Positions 1 through 13,089 of a stretch of DNA of 64,000 bases are shown piece by piece. Within the stretch, counting starts at the first letter, position 1. Every line of letters begins with the position of its first letter. The position numbers and the translations under genes are program-made. Under the pieces are notes generated by a model, which ran no database searches, had not been told where the DNA came from, and saw only the letters and a program-made list of their open reading frames with translations. The DNA is from Eledone cirrhosa (Eukaryota): the NCBI GenBank assembly GCA_964016885.1, contig OZ024745.1, positions 116,002,001 through 116,066,000 of the forward strand, written 5' to 3'.

Positions 1-800
1 CGTGTATTTTGTCGGATGATCCTATGGTCTTTCGGTAATATTTCTTTTGGGGTGAATATAAAAACGTCTGGCAACACCTGAAATTATCAGATTCGTTGAT
101 TACATGCACCCCTTATTTCACGGAGAGTTTACACCTGATATTTACTTTGACAGGGAGCTGTGACCATACCACATTCCAGGACCCACGTGATAGGTGGAAA
201 TGAAGAAAGCAGTTAAAGAGTTAAAGTTACCCAAGAAGCAGTTGTCGGTGTTGAACCAGATGACAATTTATGTATACGACTCTTGTCACGTGAACCTTAT
301 ATGAAATTAGATATACATGACATAAATATTTTATACACATCTATATTTTAAATACACACGTATATATTTATATATTATTATACACGCACATATATATTTA
401 TATACACAAAGTATGCATATATGTATATATACATATACATGTATAATACACACACTCACACGCTCACGAGCGCACAAACTCATTGTTTCCTTCTCTCTCA
501 CAAACCAACAAACCCACATATGTATATGTTTGTGTGTGTGACAGCTACATTTTCAACTGGACTTACATAACGTTGGTCGTATAAAATAACATAAAAATTA
601 ATCGAACCTTTTTAGTAAATCTCCAAATGTGTTCCTTCGATAAGTGTACCATGGATTTGAAGAAAGTCTTGCCCATCTGTAACAAAGAGCATATGAACAA
701 ACACAAAGATTAAATAAATATCAGTCTAACAGTTTATACCTTCCTTATGGATGGGATTACAATCACCTTATATTATACTAAGATATACATAGGGTACATG

Positions 801-879
<79 letters not shown>

Positions 880-931
880 GCATATATATATGTATGTGTG
901 TATGTAAGTATGTATACATATATAAATATAT

Positions 932-963
<32 letters not shown>

Positions 964-1533
964 TTTTTTTTATATATATATACATGCGGAAATTATAAGC
1001 CAGGTTATAAGATGTACGTGGTTAATTTCCCCTCTCCGTGTTTATATAGATAGAGTGAAATGTACAATACGTTTAGTTATTCAAATTCCATCATTACCTT
1101 GTAACGAACATTATGTATATCCTTATAGTAATAATATGGAAAATCATTGATAAAGGTAAACTTTTTCAAGGGTTGAAATAATCTTATATACAGTATATAG
1201 ATATTCTCTATGATGTGATACATAATTAAAGTTGCCTACTATTTAACATCTATGTCTACATATGCCTATAGTTTATTGTAGATAATGCATGGTATTGATC
1301 CAGTCATACCGCTAATATATGTATGCTCTGTACTGAGCATTGCAATATATTTTGATCGAGTTGATTGAATATATTTACTCTATAGAATCCATGATCCTTC
1401 GGCTCTTGTACTTGCTCATTGTACAGAGCACACATACATTGTGGATAAAGATTAATGCAAGAAAACTTCCAAATAGACAGCAAATAGCTCATGTATAGTT
1501 ATTGCTGAGGGAATCATAAAACCATTACACATA

Positions 1534-1586
1534 TTATATAATGGTATCATCAGCCTCTGTTGAATCAGCGAGAGTTATCGCTCTTC
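1534..1586 (-). CDS. Candidate terminal coding exon of an unidentified host gene (GRAITLADSTEADDTII*)
   Basis: Minus-strand acceptor attttgcctag|GA; phase 1 start matches the end of the 2406-2491 exon; stop TAA at 1534-1536. Confidence 0.35.
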
Positions 1587-1789
1587 CTAGGCAAAATATT
1601 GATTGTAGACACATTTGTTTAAGAGAAATTAGATATATGAGATCTCAAACCTCATCACTAATATTCTTTCCAAATTACCACCCGCCAGGTATAGATCAGT
1701 GCGTCTTTCCAATAAAACTTTTTTTTATTTCACACAATGAAAAACGAAACTTTTCTGAACACCTGTCTAATTCATAGTGTATCGTAAGT

Positions 1790-2100
1790 CCCCTTCAGCC
1801 ATGGATTACAATGGTTTTGCACCTAGAAAGCCCCTCTCCTAGGCCTGGGCATGGTTTGTAGGTGGAGGACCAGCAGTCACCTATACATGCAAGTTTTATC
1901 TTTCCATGCCACAAATGTTGTCCAAGGGAAAGACAAGGGCCGGTACGGCTTGGCTCAAGTGACGTTGCAACTCATTTCTGCAACTGAGTGAACTGGAGTA
2001 ATGTGAAATACAGTGTTTTGCTCAAGAACACAACGTACCACCCGGTCCAGGATTTGATCTGACAACCTTACGGTATTGAGCTCAAGCCTCTAACCACCAA
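1790..2100 (-). mobile_element. Degenerate tRNA-derived CORE-type SINE
   Basis: Minus strand ggtggttagagg...gatcaaatcctggacc then gtgttcttgagcaaaacactgtatttcac (CORE-like); related to 32570-32791. Confidence 0.6.
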
Positions 2101-2405
2101 ATCACATATGTCTAAAGTAGATAAATTATTACATATTTCAGATGCTTCCTATATCAATATTTAGTTGCTCCTTTTAATTCCCCTTTCCTTTCTATTAATG
2201 CCTTGAGTGAATCAGTACTAACGTCTTCAAGATTTAACACCAATACATATTCATTTAAAAATGCTTCAGTTTATATATGGATGACTCACATTTCTTTTCA
2301 ATACCAATTATGAGATTTGGCGGAAATAATGGAAATTGAATTTTTGTAAAACAATTGTTGCTATAATTGTGAGGAAATATTAATTACATTACATATATTA
2401 CTCAC

Positions 2406-2491
2406 CATCCCTTTCTTCGTCAGGCATTCTATTGATGTTTCGGGGACTTTTCCACAACCTTTGTCGGAGGTTGGCTATAGAATTGAAATAG
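2406..2491 (-). CDS. Candidate internal coding exon ((S)YFNSIANLRQRLWKSPRNINRMPDEERD(G))
   Basis: Strong acceptor cttctcctttacttttgtcgttgtttag|C and consensus donor G|gtgagt; 86 nt, open, phase 2 to 1. Confidence 0.5.
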
Positions 2492-3164
2492 CTAAACAAC
2501 GACAAAAGTAAAGGAGAAGCAATCGAGAAGCTCACTAGGACTAGCCTGTGCTTTCCAGATTGCCTGAACCACTGAAATGTAGAGTCCACTCCTCTGACCG
2601 CTTTAAACATTTACCGCATGACGTTTATCGTCTCGTCGAAGACATCTGTTATTTATAATCATTCTCAGCAAAGAAAGAAATTATCTATTTCTGTTTTTCT
2701 CTCATATGCTGTGTATTATTTTTGTTGTAACATTTGTTTTGTATTACATGCAATAAAAATACCACATTTATATACAAAACCACCTACAATCATTAATATA
2801 GATAATATGTAATGCGTCATGCAGTAAACCGTTACACAATTAAGAAGAAAATGTTATATGTATCATATAAGCCCAGAGATTAAAAGGAATGTAGATGAGA
2901 ATTAAAAAAAAACACATTTAAATATTACATGTTATAAAATATATATTTTATAATCTAAAACTAAGGGCCTATGACATAGGAGCTTATGAACGCAGTATAC
3001 AAAAAGATATCAAATAAAGTGATATTCATATATCGCACATTACGTAAGATGTTTCTGAATACTGTTGATATTGACTTTTAGGCTAAATTCAGTAAAGGAG
3101 CATTTTAAATATAAAATATTAAATCGAATCCAGAGGCACTAATATAATACTAAATAGTAAACAT

Positions 3165-3351
3165 TGGATTGGCAGTATCGGTAGAGGGTCGGATGCCATG
3201 CTTTGACGCATAGAGTTACGGCCCTTGCCATTATGAGTTCAAATCCCGTCGAGGTTAACTTTGCCTTTCATCCTTACGGGGTCGATAAAATAAAGTACCA
3301 GTAGTGCACTGGGTTATTGCTGGCCTTGTGCCAAAAGTAGAAACAATTATT
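3165..3351 (+). mobile_element. tRNA-derived SINE, family 1
   Basis: A box tggcagtatcgg, B box gagttcaaatcc, central gcctttcatccttacggggtcgataaaataaagtaccag, end gtagaaacaattatt; about 13 copies in window. Confidence 0.9.
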
Positions 3352-3507
3352 TTACAAAGCTGATAAACGGTTCATATATCATAGTCTAAATTTCGGAAAT
3401 ATCGTTCTGTATTTGTACATTTAAATATAAATGCAACATATTTGCGATTCGCAGAACAGTACTCTAGTTCACGCACAGAATCAGGGAAACCAAAATGCCT
3501 TTGTTAT

Positions 3508-3603
3508 AATGGTTTCTAATTTAAGCACAAGGCTTCAGTTGTACTTTATTTTATCAATTCCTCGAATAATGAAAGACAGAGTTGACCTCAATGGGATTTG
3601 AAT
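3508..3603 (-). mobile_element. SINE family 1, degenerate fragment
   Basis: gcacaaggc...tactttattttatc...gatttgaa resembles reverse complement of family 1. Confidence 0.55.
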
Positions 3604-4523
3604 ATGCATATATGTATATATACACATGATGGTCTGCTTATAAGTTCAAATGCTGACGATGAAGATTTGACGCTAGAGCTGTGAAATGATACATGCATTA
3701 TTTTGACTCTTCTTCTTAATAACTCAATGTTTACTTTTCAGGGAGCATGATGGAAACTAAACCTCAATACGTCATTCCATAAAAGGCATATGTTGGTCAG
3801 CCTATGATACATTTAGCTGACCCTCATATATGTGCACTATAGAATGCTCGTACATGTTTATGATACTAAATGTAATTTACCTATGGCACCTTATGTATTT
3901 AATTATAAATCCTACAATTATGAATCTTATATCCCTACATTTATAAGATATGGTTGTTAGTGTTGTTGTTTTATTCTCGCTTCATCCTCGATTGAACCAT
4001 TTTAGTTATATACGGACTTCATTATACAATAGATAGGCTGGGACGAGTGGATTTTTAGCTGCTATTTCCTGCAGTCAAGCAGCTGCCTAGGAGTTCTAGT
4101 TTTGGTTCAAATATTTTTTTGCTATTTGTAACAGTCTAATGACTGCGTAAATCCTCCCTAGTTTTCACATTTATTGGTGACCTTTTAGCTAATTGCTCTA
4201 TCTTATCCATACTGATCCATACAGATCAAATTTGTCTTTATCATCAATTAGCAATGATATTCATTATTAATGTCAATTTCATGTCAAGGAAAAATATTAA
4301 TAATAGCAATCGATATCATTCTATTTAGGTGAGCTACAGATGGTCTGCAAAAGATATGTTTCGAGGCAAAAGATATGTTTCGAGGCAAAAATCAATTTAA
4401 AAGAATCTGTCCTTTCATTCGTGGCCAAAATGCTTGAGACAAGGAGAGTAATGTAGCTGACTGTGTAAGTACTCATAGTGATGTCCCTTGCCACTATCTT
4501 AGAATTCATGTTAATATCAAGCA

Positions 4524-4700
4524 TAACTGTTTCTATATTTGGCACAAGGCCAGCAATTATCCCAGTGCATTACTGGTACTTTATTTTATCGACCCCGTAA
4601 GGATGAAAGGTAAAGTCAACCTCGGCGGGATTTGAACTCAGACCATAAAGTTAATATGAAGCATAATATGGCATAGATATTCTACTCCATCTAACGTAGC
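4524..4700 (-). mobile_element. SINE family 1
   Basis: Reverse complement of family consensus (tactttattttatcgaccccgtaaggatgaaagg...gatttgaactcag). Confidence 0.85.
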
Positions 4701-5619
4701 ATTGTGCAGGCCATATGCACACACACATATACACACACATGTACACAGCCTCACACACGCATATATATGTATGTGTATATATGTGTGTGTGTGTATGTAT
4801 GTGTATGTATCAATTTCCTATACATATTTATGTACATGTTTAAATGTCATTTACGGAGTCTGCGTATGTTCGTACAAGTACGTATGAATGTGTTTGTGAG
4901 TGAGTTTCTTTATTCGTTTCATTTTATAAATATAAAAATATATTCGAATATCTGCGAATCTGTAAGCCAATAGAACAATTAGTTTTTAAGAGATTGAGGA
5001 AACTATATGATATAAGATGAACCACGATTAGATATGTAACAGCTATGTGAAAAAATATTTAAACTTGAATATACAGTTTTATATATCTGATATTTGTGTT
5101 TTACACGTTAACTGCTTTAGTATCAATGATATTTTATAGAATTCTTTTTATATCAAGTAGCCAAACTGGAAATATGTTAGCGAAAAGGCAATTAAAGTGG
5201 TCTCAATAACATGTTATCGATTTCTTAACTACTCGACTTTAACGGCTCTTGAGTAATCTTAAAAACAGGTTAAAATATAAATTCGAAAGACCTAAAATAA
5301 TAGACAGCGAATAATCAGCTAATATCTATATCTCACTGGAGTTTCGTTGTATATCTTTGAAATATCCTTGTATTCTACACATTTGATTTTACGTCATCAA
5401 ATCTGAATCTCATCTTCTGCACAGGAGGGTGTTCTATCCATGTGTATCATTTGTTTTTTAAATGCCTAATTTTCCATCCCAACGGGGTCCAGTTGTGCAC
5501 ATTTTCAGTAGTTGGATAAAACGTGTTTTTTTAACACGTACGAAATTTTCAATTAAATTTACGATCTTATTTAAATGTTACTATTTGATATATATGTCCA
5601 TATATACATGGTAACACAA

Positions 5620-5683
<64 letters not shown>

Positions 5684-5686
<3 letters not shown>

Positions 5687-5883
5687 AACGAGTAGGACCC
5701 CGACGGCTGAGACGTCTGAGCTCAAGTCGTTTCGACGGCTAATTTAGTCCAGAATTAGCCGTCGAAACGGCTTGAGCTCAGCCGTTGGGGTCCTACTCGT
5801 ACCTATTACCCACTCTACTACCCTAAGTATTGAGTACTTTGGTGCGTTATGGTCCACCTGGTTCCTTACCACATTTCCTTCGT

Positions 5884-5885
<2 letters not shown>
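5684..5885 (+). mobile_element. PLE-type terminal fold-back, family C (half-hammerhead), in (TA)n
   Basis: Inverted arms pivoting near 5745; gtcGAAAcggct-tgagctc-agccg-tt-gggg; ends ttccttcgtta(ta)n; 6 related copies. Confidence 0.65.
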
Positions 5886-5914
<29 letters not shown>

Positions 5915-5952
5915 GGTAACACAACCATATATATATATATATATGGTAACAC

Positions 5953-6024
<72 letters not shown>

Positions 6025-6109
6025 ATATATACATATATATGTATAAATACATATATATATACACACATACCACACACACATACAAGCACACACACACACA
6101 CACTAACAA

Positions 6110-6144
<35 letters not shown>

Positions 6145-6281
6145 AATATATATATATAACATTTCAGGTGTCAGATATATGGTATATTTTACTGTACTAC
6201 AACAATATATTTAGTCTTAAGGGCATCATGCAGCGTGATTTAACATTATTCGATTAAATTAATAGAATAAAAAATTCTGAC

Positions 6282-6333
6282 CTCTTATCAACTGCTGTTT
6301 CTTCACTGATATCATCGTCTTCATTGAGTTGAG
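6282..6333 (-). CDS. Candidate internal coding exon (xQLNEDDDISEETAVDK(S))
   Basis: Strong acceptor tttattttctttttcatttcag|C, donor AG|gtcaga; 52 nt; phase-2 end joins 2406-2491 in frame. Confidence 0.5.
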
Positions 6334-6461
6334 CTGAAATGAAAAAGAAAATAAATTCATGTTGATTTATATATATTATATAAACATTTACTTCGCCATA
6401 CAGCTTCCTAGGACATTAAACAGTTATATTAAAATCTCACAGTCTGCTTATATACATCCAT

Positions 6462-6508
<47 letters not shown>

Positions 6509-6538
6509 AGATCAAAAGATGGTTAAAAGAGTTCCAAG

Positions 6539-6609
6539 TATTTTATTATGCGCATTTCAAAAACAAATATCATCATGGGATGATATTTGCGTTCTCATCA
6601 GATAAAATA
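6539..6609 (-). ncRNA. Type I hammerhead ribozyme motif (family A)
   Basis: tattttat-CTGATGA-stem II-GAAA-TGCGCA-TA-ataaaata on minus strand. Confidence 0.85.
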
Positions 6610-7048
6610 GGGAGACACGATATGAAGCTTAAAAAACACTTGTGTGCAGTGAAGTTTTAAATAAACATTTGAAAAATAAGTAAGATGGATATATGAGATT
6701 GGGAAAAAAGGAGGGGTGTAGGAAAGGTAAGGAAGAGGAAGAAAGAAAATAAAGGATGATGGGGGAGGAGTATAAGAAGGAAGGATCAGAGAGGAGGAGA
6801 AATGAGACACTGTTTTCTCAGTTGTAAAGGCTATTTCTCTCTCTCTATCACTCATTTCTCCTCCTCTCTGATCCTTCCTTCTTATACTCCTCCCCCATCA
6901 TTCTTTATTTTCTTTCTTCCTCTTCCTTACCTTTTCCAAACCCCTCCTTTTTTCCCAATCTCATATATCGATCTTACTTTATTTTTCATATGTTGATTTA
7001 AAACTTCACTGCTCACAAGTGTTTTTTAAGCTTCATATCATGTCTCCC

Positions 7049-7119
7049 TATTTTATCTGATGAGAACGCAAATATCATCCCATGATGATATTTGTTTTTG
7101 AAATGCGCATAATAAAATA
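7049..7119 (+). ncRNA. Type I hammerhead ribozyme motif (family A)
   Basis: Stem I tattttat/ataaaata; CTGATGA 7057-7063; stem II caaatatcatc/gatgatatttg; GAAA 7100-7103; palindromic stem III TGCGCA; predicted cleavage after A7111. Confidence 0.88.
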
Positions 7120-7243
7120 CTTGGAACTCTTTTAAGCATCTTTTGATCTTATATTATTTATACTCCAGTCCTATAAACTGTGGAGTGCTACTTATCCGAT
7201 ATTTGCATTGCTTTATTGTGCTACAATACAACTCACCTCCTAC

Positions 7244-7280
<37 letters not shown>

Positions 7281-7403
7281 GAAGAGGGAGAATGTGTGGG
7301 TGTATGTGTGTATGTGTATATGTATGGCTGTGTGTGCGTGTGTGAATGTATATATATATATATATATATGTATGTATATATATATATACACACACGTATA
7401 TTT

Positions 7404-7438
<35 letters not shown>

Positions 7439-7460
7439 TATATATACATATATATATATA

Positions 7461-7546
<86 letters not shown>

Positions 7547-7678
7547 TATATATATGTAGGAGGTGTGTTTTATTGTAGCACAATAAAGCACATGCAGATA
7601 TAGGATAAGTAGCATTCACAGTTTATTGGACTGGAGTATATATAAGAAGAAATTAAAAATGGTTAGAAAAGTTCCATG

Positions 7679-7751
7679 TATTTTGTTATGCGCATTCAAA
7701 AAACGCAAATATCATCCAGGGACAATATTTGCGTTCTCATCAGATAAAATA
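7679..7751 (-). ncRNA. Degenerate hammerhead motif (family A)
   Basis: CTGATGA intact; GAAA shortened to GAA; TGCGCA stem III present. Confidence 0.6.
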
Positions 7752-9259
7752 GGGAAACATGATATGAAGCTTAAAAAAGAAACTTATGAGCAAGGTAGTG
7801 TCTAAACAACATATGATAAATTAAATTTAAAAGGATATATGAGATTGGAAAAAGGAAAGGAAGGGGAGAAGGGTAAGGAAGATGAAGTAAGGAAAAAGAA
7901 AAAAGAAGGAAAGGATAACGGAGGAAGATTATAAGAAGGAGGAAGGAGAGAGAAAAAGAGAGGAGAGAAAAGAGAGAGGGATAAACATTTAAACTGAGAA
8001 ACGCTGTCTCACACAGATAGATGACTGAAAAAAACGGTTGTAAAATTTAAAAATAAATTAAATAAATTAATAAGAATTTTTAATTTAAAAGTCAATGAGG
8101 TTTATGGGTGATGATGCTTATGATAACAGATATAGAAATTAAGTATACTATTTATTTAGGGTTTATATAGTGAAAGATTTTTTAAGAAATGCAAAAATTT
8201 ATTAAAAAAGTATTAACATAAAATAAAGTGAAATAAGATAAGGTGAATGAAAATAAAGTTAGATGATTTAGAAGACGATATGGGGTCCTAGTTTGTTTCA
8301 ATAGATTGTAATATAAAAAGTAATTATTTAAGTTTATACAAGCATGGAAAGAAAGAAAAACGAAAAAAATACGAGGAAGAAAAAAACATTACGTCAAAAA
8401 TTTGTTTACAGAATTCACCTAATGCTAATATTAATAGATTTGAAGGAAAAAATTGGGAGATAAAGCTACTAAAAAGTAATGTTGAGAAAAAATGATATAA
8501 AGATGAACTATTTAAAAGAAAAAATGTGTATCGCCAAGAAGAAATTTGCTATAGTGAATTATAAGGTTAAAAAATTACAAAAAATGATTAAAAGAAATTA
8601 AAAAATTATACAATTAGGGGCCCAAAATGTTATAGTATGAATGAACTTTTGTAGAATGCACTGAAATATGGTAGAAAAAGGGGTATATGTGTAAAAGAAA
8701 TATATTTGTGTGAGAAAAAGATTTTAATCCTAATTATAGAGTAAATTAGCTATACACTTTGTGAAAAGACCTAAGCGATTTATGAATACAAAGCGAAAAT
8801 AAATCTGTGCGTCTATTTATTTTGAATTAAAATTAGAGATAATGGTAAATTATTCTGCTAGGCATAAATTACAAGTTCTAGATAGGGAAGCATTAAAATA
8901 GGGAGAAACGTTGCAAATTTTCTCCAAGAAAATTTGTAATTATTTTTTTTTGTCTTTTAAGGATGAGTTCTGAGAGAGCAGTGTTTGTTCTTTTAAGTGG
9001 GTATTTAAAAGATGAAGAATGGTTATATAATCTCGCCTTAAAGGAAGTAGAAGTAGATCCGAAGTAGGTGTAAGAATTGGTGCTAGTTATCACCTTACAT
9101 TCGTATACTAAATTCTTGTCGAGACAGTGATTATTAAGAGGACATTTAGTCTATTAAGGCAATTGCATTTACGATTAATGTTATTAATAGAATTATTTGC
9201 AACTGGTCCAGAGTTATTTACCCTTACCATAAAGATAATGAGAATCTGAATTATATTAA

Positions 9260-10370
9260 TTATAAATCAAACCACCCTATTAATGTTAAGAATGCTATAG
9301 TCAGAAATTTGAAAAATGAATCTCTAATCTATCTTCTAATAATCTTTGACGCTAAAGCCAATTATTATAATAATGCGCTTCCCAGAGCTGGTTAACCAAA
9401 CAGAATTAAATACAATAATGAAACCAATCATGGCAGAACCTATAGTAACATAGCTAGTTATAAGCATTCCAATAGCATAAAGAGAAGACCTAGATATAAA
9501 AATATTATTTGGTACAACGCTCCTTTTTCTCTTTCTATTATTAGTAATATTCCTAAACTATTTTTTAGGACGCTAGCTAATTGGTTCCCTCCTTCATATA
9601 TTTATAGTAAGTTCTTTAATAAGCATACAATTAAATTCTCTTATTCCACCACTTCCAACATCTCTAACATTATCTCTAAACATAATACTAACATTTTAAA
9701 TAATAAATCATATCCATCCAACCCTGAGCGTCATAGTAATAACAACATTAGGCCTGACGTCAATGTAAACTCTAGGCAAGTCTCCTTAAATACAAATACG
9801 ACGTGAAACGTAAATTTGTTGAATGCTCCTAATACTAATCTAAATCAGGAAACATTAGTACCTCTTATAGGTAATTTCTCCAATTCAATGTCTTCTATAA
9901 ATAACACTGGACCACTTGCAAATAACTCTATTAATAACATTAATCGTAAATGCAATTGCCTTAATAGAACTAAATGTCCTCTTAATAATCACTGTCTCGA
10001 CAAGAATTTAGTATACGAATGTAAGGTGATAACTAGCACCAATTCTTACACCTACTTCGGATCTACTTCTACTTCCTTTAAGGCGAGATTATATAACCAT
10101 TAAATACCCACTTAAAAGAACAAACACTGCTCTCTCAGAACTCATCTGGTCCTTAAAAGACAAAAGAATTTAATTACAAATTTTCTTTGAGAAAATTTGC
10201 AATGCTTCTCCCTATTTTAATGCTTCCCTATCCAGAACTTGTAATTTATGCCTAGCGGAAAAATTTACTATTATCTCTAATTCTAATTCTATAATAAATA
10301 GACGCACAGATTTATTTTCGCTTTGTGTTCATAAATCGCTTAGGTCTTTTCACAAAGTGTATAGCTAATT
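9260..10370 (+). pseudogene. Disrupted PLE ORF C-terminus: linker plus GIY-YIG endonuclease
   Basis: Translates to KRRPRYKNIIWYNAPFS...FFNKHTIKFSYS, then CNCLNRTKCPLNNHCLDKNLVYECKV...YFGSTSTSFKARLYNH, TALSELIW and CNLCLAEK; stops and frameshifts present. Confidence 0.85.
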
Positions 10371-11350
10371 TACTCTATAATTAGGATTAAAATCTTTTTC
10401 TCACACAAATATATTTCTTTTACACATATACCCCTTTTTCTACCATATTTCATTCATACTATAACATTTTTGGGCCCCTAATTGTATAATTTTTTAATTT
10501 CTTTTAATCATTTTTTGTAATTTTTTAACCTTCTAATTCACTATAGCAAATTTCTTTTGGCGATACACATTTTTCTTTTAAATAGTTCATCTTTATATCA
10601 TTTTTTCTCAACATTACTTTTTAGTAGCTTTATCTCCCAATTTGTTCCTTCAAATCTATTAATATTAGCATTAGGTGAATTTTGTAAACAAATTTTTCAC
10701 GTAATGTTTTTTCTTCCACGTATTTTTTCGTTTTTCTTTCTTTCCATGCTTGTATAAACTTAAATAATTACTATTTATATTACAATCTATTGAAACAAAC
10801 TAGGACCCCATATCGTCTTCTAAATCATCTAACTTTATTTTCATTCACCTCATCTTATTTCACTTTATTTTATGTTAATAATACTTTTTTAATAAATTTT
10901 TGCACTTCTTAATAAATCTTTCACTATTTAAACCCTAAATAAATAGTATACTTAATTTCTATATCTGTAATCATAAGCATCATCATCCATAAACCTCATT
11001 AACTTTTAAATTTAAAATCTTATTAATTTATTTAATTTATTTAATCTATTTATCCATTTTACAACCGTTTTTTTTCAGTCATCTCTCTGTATGAGGCAGC
11101 GTTTCTCAGTTTAAATGTTTATCCCTCTCTCTTTTCTCTCCTCTCTCTTTCTCTCTCCTTCCTCCTTCTTATAATCTTCCTCCGTTATCCTTTCCTTCTT
11201 TTTTCTTTTTCCTTACTTTATCTTCCTTACCCTTCTCCCCTTCCTTTCCTTTTTCCAATCTCCTATATCCTTTTAAATTTATTTATCACATGTTGTTTAG
11301 ACACTACCTTGCTCACAAGTGTCTTTTTTAAGCTTCATATCATGTCTCCC

Positions 11351-11421
11351 TATTTCATCTGATGAGAACGCAAATATCGTCCCTGGATGATATTTGTTTT
11401 TGAAATGCGCATAATAAAATA
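11351..11421 (+). ncRNA. Type I hammerhead ribozyme motif (family A)
   Basis: tatttcat-CTGATGA-gaacgcaaatatcgtcc/ggatgatatttg-GAAA-TGCGCA-TA-ataaaata. Confidence 0.82.
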
Positions 11422-11457
11422 CATGGAACATTTCTAACCATCTTTTAATTTCTTCTT

Positions 11458-11497
<40 letters not shown>

Positions 11498-11499
11498 CA

Positions 11500-12990
11500 T
11501 ATAAACCTGTCATCTACCTGATGGCCATTACAAAATAGATGCCTGGAGTCAAATATAGTGTACCTATGTACTATAAATTCAGGCAACTTAGCATGAACTA
11601 CATAGGTTCCACAGCGGTGGTGTTCAAGAAAAGGTGGTATGTCCACAGACACTCTATAAATAAGAGGAAGCTTATGAATACAACAACGCTCGCCAATAAA
11701 ATCTGGCAGCTCAAAGATGCAAACCAGCTGGATGAAGTTATCAACAGCAATAGCCTATAGAATTGGCATGTCCCACTGTGGTCTTTGTAATATGGAACTA
11801 TTCAAAATTTTAAAATACAACAAAATGCTACTTAACAGCAAAATTGAAAGAACTATATTCTGTAGGCATAAAACGGCGACCAAATTTGATAACTTTAGAC
11901 CAACTTAATTCATCCCATCTATTCCATAACTCAAATTGCACCACTTAGATCTATTATAATATCCTATTATCATCATTATTATTATAATTGTCATCATCTG
12001 TCAATGAACCAACATCATAACGTTTTATATTTTATATTTTATATTTTATATATCTCTCTCTTTCACTTTCTATCTTTCTATTTCTCTCCCTAAATTTATT
12101 TCATCTCTCGCATTTTATCTTATCGTATTATTTTCACTTCTAATATAATTTGTAAATAATTAATCAAATTATTAATTAATTATATAATTAATTTATTAAA
12201 ATAACCAATACACACATAAATATATTTAACATTTTCATGTTTATACCTTCGTATCTCTATAGTTTAACCACCAACACCACAACTACTCTCAATAATCTTA
12301 CTATGTTTACTTTTCTTCGCACATATAAACATTTATTATGTATTTATTTTCATATTTTGTATTATTTTGTATCATTCTCGATGTAACTTATTTATTAAAC
12401 CATATTTATTAGCATTTATTCATTTATTGTTGATATTATTTTTCCCTTTATTTTTATTTTTATTTACCTTTATTTCTTCTTTATCCTTTTCTCTCGTCTT
12501 TCTATCCGCTTTTCTCTCTGTCTTTTTTCTCTATATCTTTCTCTTTTTTCCTTTCTCCTTTTTCTTTCTTTCTTCTCTCTATCTCTCATTCTTTTTTCTG
12601 TCTCTATCTTTTATTATTATTAATGATGCTGTAATCTAAATTCGTAAAAATACTGAACATATAACAGTTATCTCCGATGATCTGGTTAAGCTTACAACGT
12701 ATTTAAAATTGAGTGGCACTGCTTCAAGTGTTCAGCAATTTTTAGACAATTTAATCAGTGAAACAATTGTCAGACTGTAAATAAAACCCTTTTTTGTACT
12801 GTTGACCATGTTATTCTTCACCCTTTCAATATTATTATTCCAAGATAAACTTACATAGGAATATAAGAGAACTCATAAACTCGCCACCTACATAAACCTC
12901 TTGTCGAGTCAAACAACGCCGTACGCTAAAACTATCCATAATACGGAGTATTCACAACCTCTAACTAGATTACCTATAACGATATTTTGT
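11500..12990 (+). mobile_element. Second Penelope-like family (B): GIY-YIG remnant, long AT/CT-rich 3' region, HHR
   Basis: PLQNRCLESNIVY...YIGSTAVVFKKRWYVHRHS...TTLANKIWQLKD and CGLCNME...LLNSKIE...FCRHK (11520-11908); 5' end abuts (TA)n. Confidence 0.8.
12664..12778 (+). ncRNA. Hammerhead motif with CCGAUGA core and long stem II
   Basis: acagttatct-CCGATGA(12674-80)-ctggttaa...ttaatcag-GAAA(12760-63)-CAATTG-TC-agactgt. Confidence 0.65.
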
Positions 12991-13029
12991 TATCCCTTAT
13001 ACACACACACACACACACAGACACACACA

Positions 13030-13088
<59 letters not shown>

Positions 13089-13089
<1 letters not shown>

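Larger units (their letters stand above)
6503..7245. mobile_element. Penelope-like family A, inverted (fold-back) terminal repeat
   Basis: Arms about 6503-6806 and 6851-7157 are reverse complements; the right arm extends to ctcacctcctac(at)n; homologous to the 3' end of the GIY-YIG element at 7556-11462. Confidence 0.85.
7556..11462. mobile_element. Penelope-like (Neptune-type) element, 5'-truncated, with about 1.6 kb inverted duplication
   Basis: Arms about 7640-9219 and 9899-11462 are reverse complements; GIY-YIG remnant inside; HHR near both ends; (TA)n on both flanks. Confidence 0.9.

Noticed and set aside
3165-3351. tRNA genes (A/B boxes)
   Set aside because: No complete cloverleaf seen; the boxes head multi-copy SINEs.
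6503-7245. MITE/DNA-transposon or pre-miRNA reading of the family A inverted repeats
   Set aside because: Arms are asymmetric, variable in length, and homologous to the 3' end of a GIY-YIG PLE.
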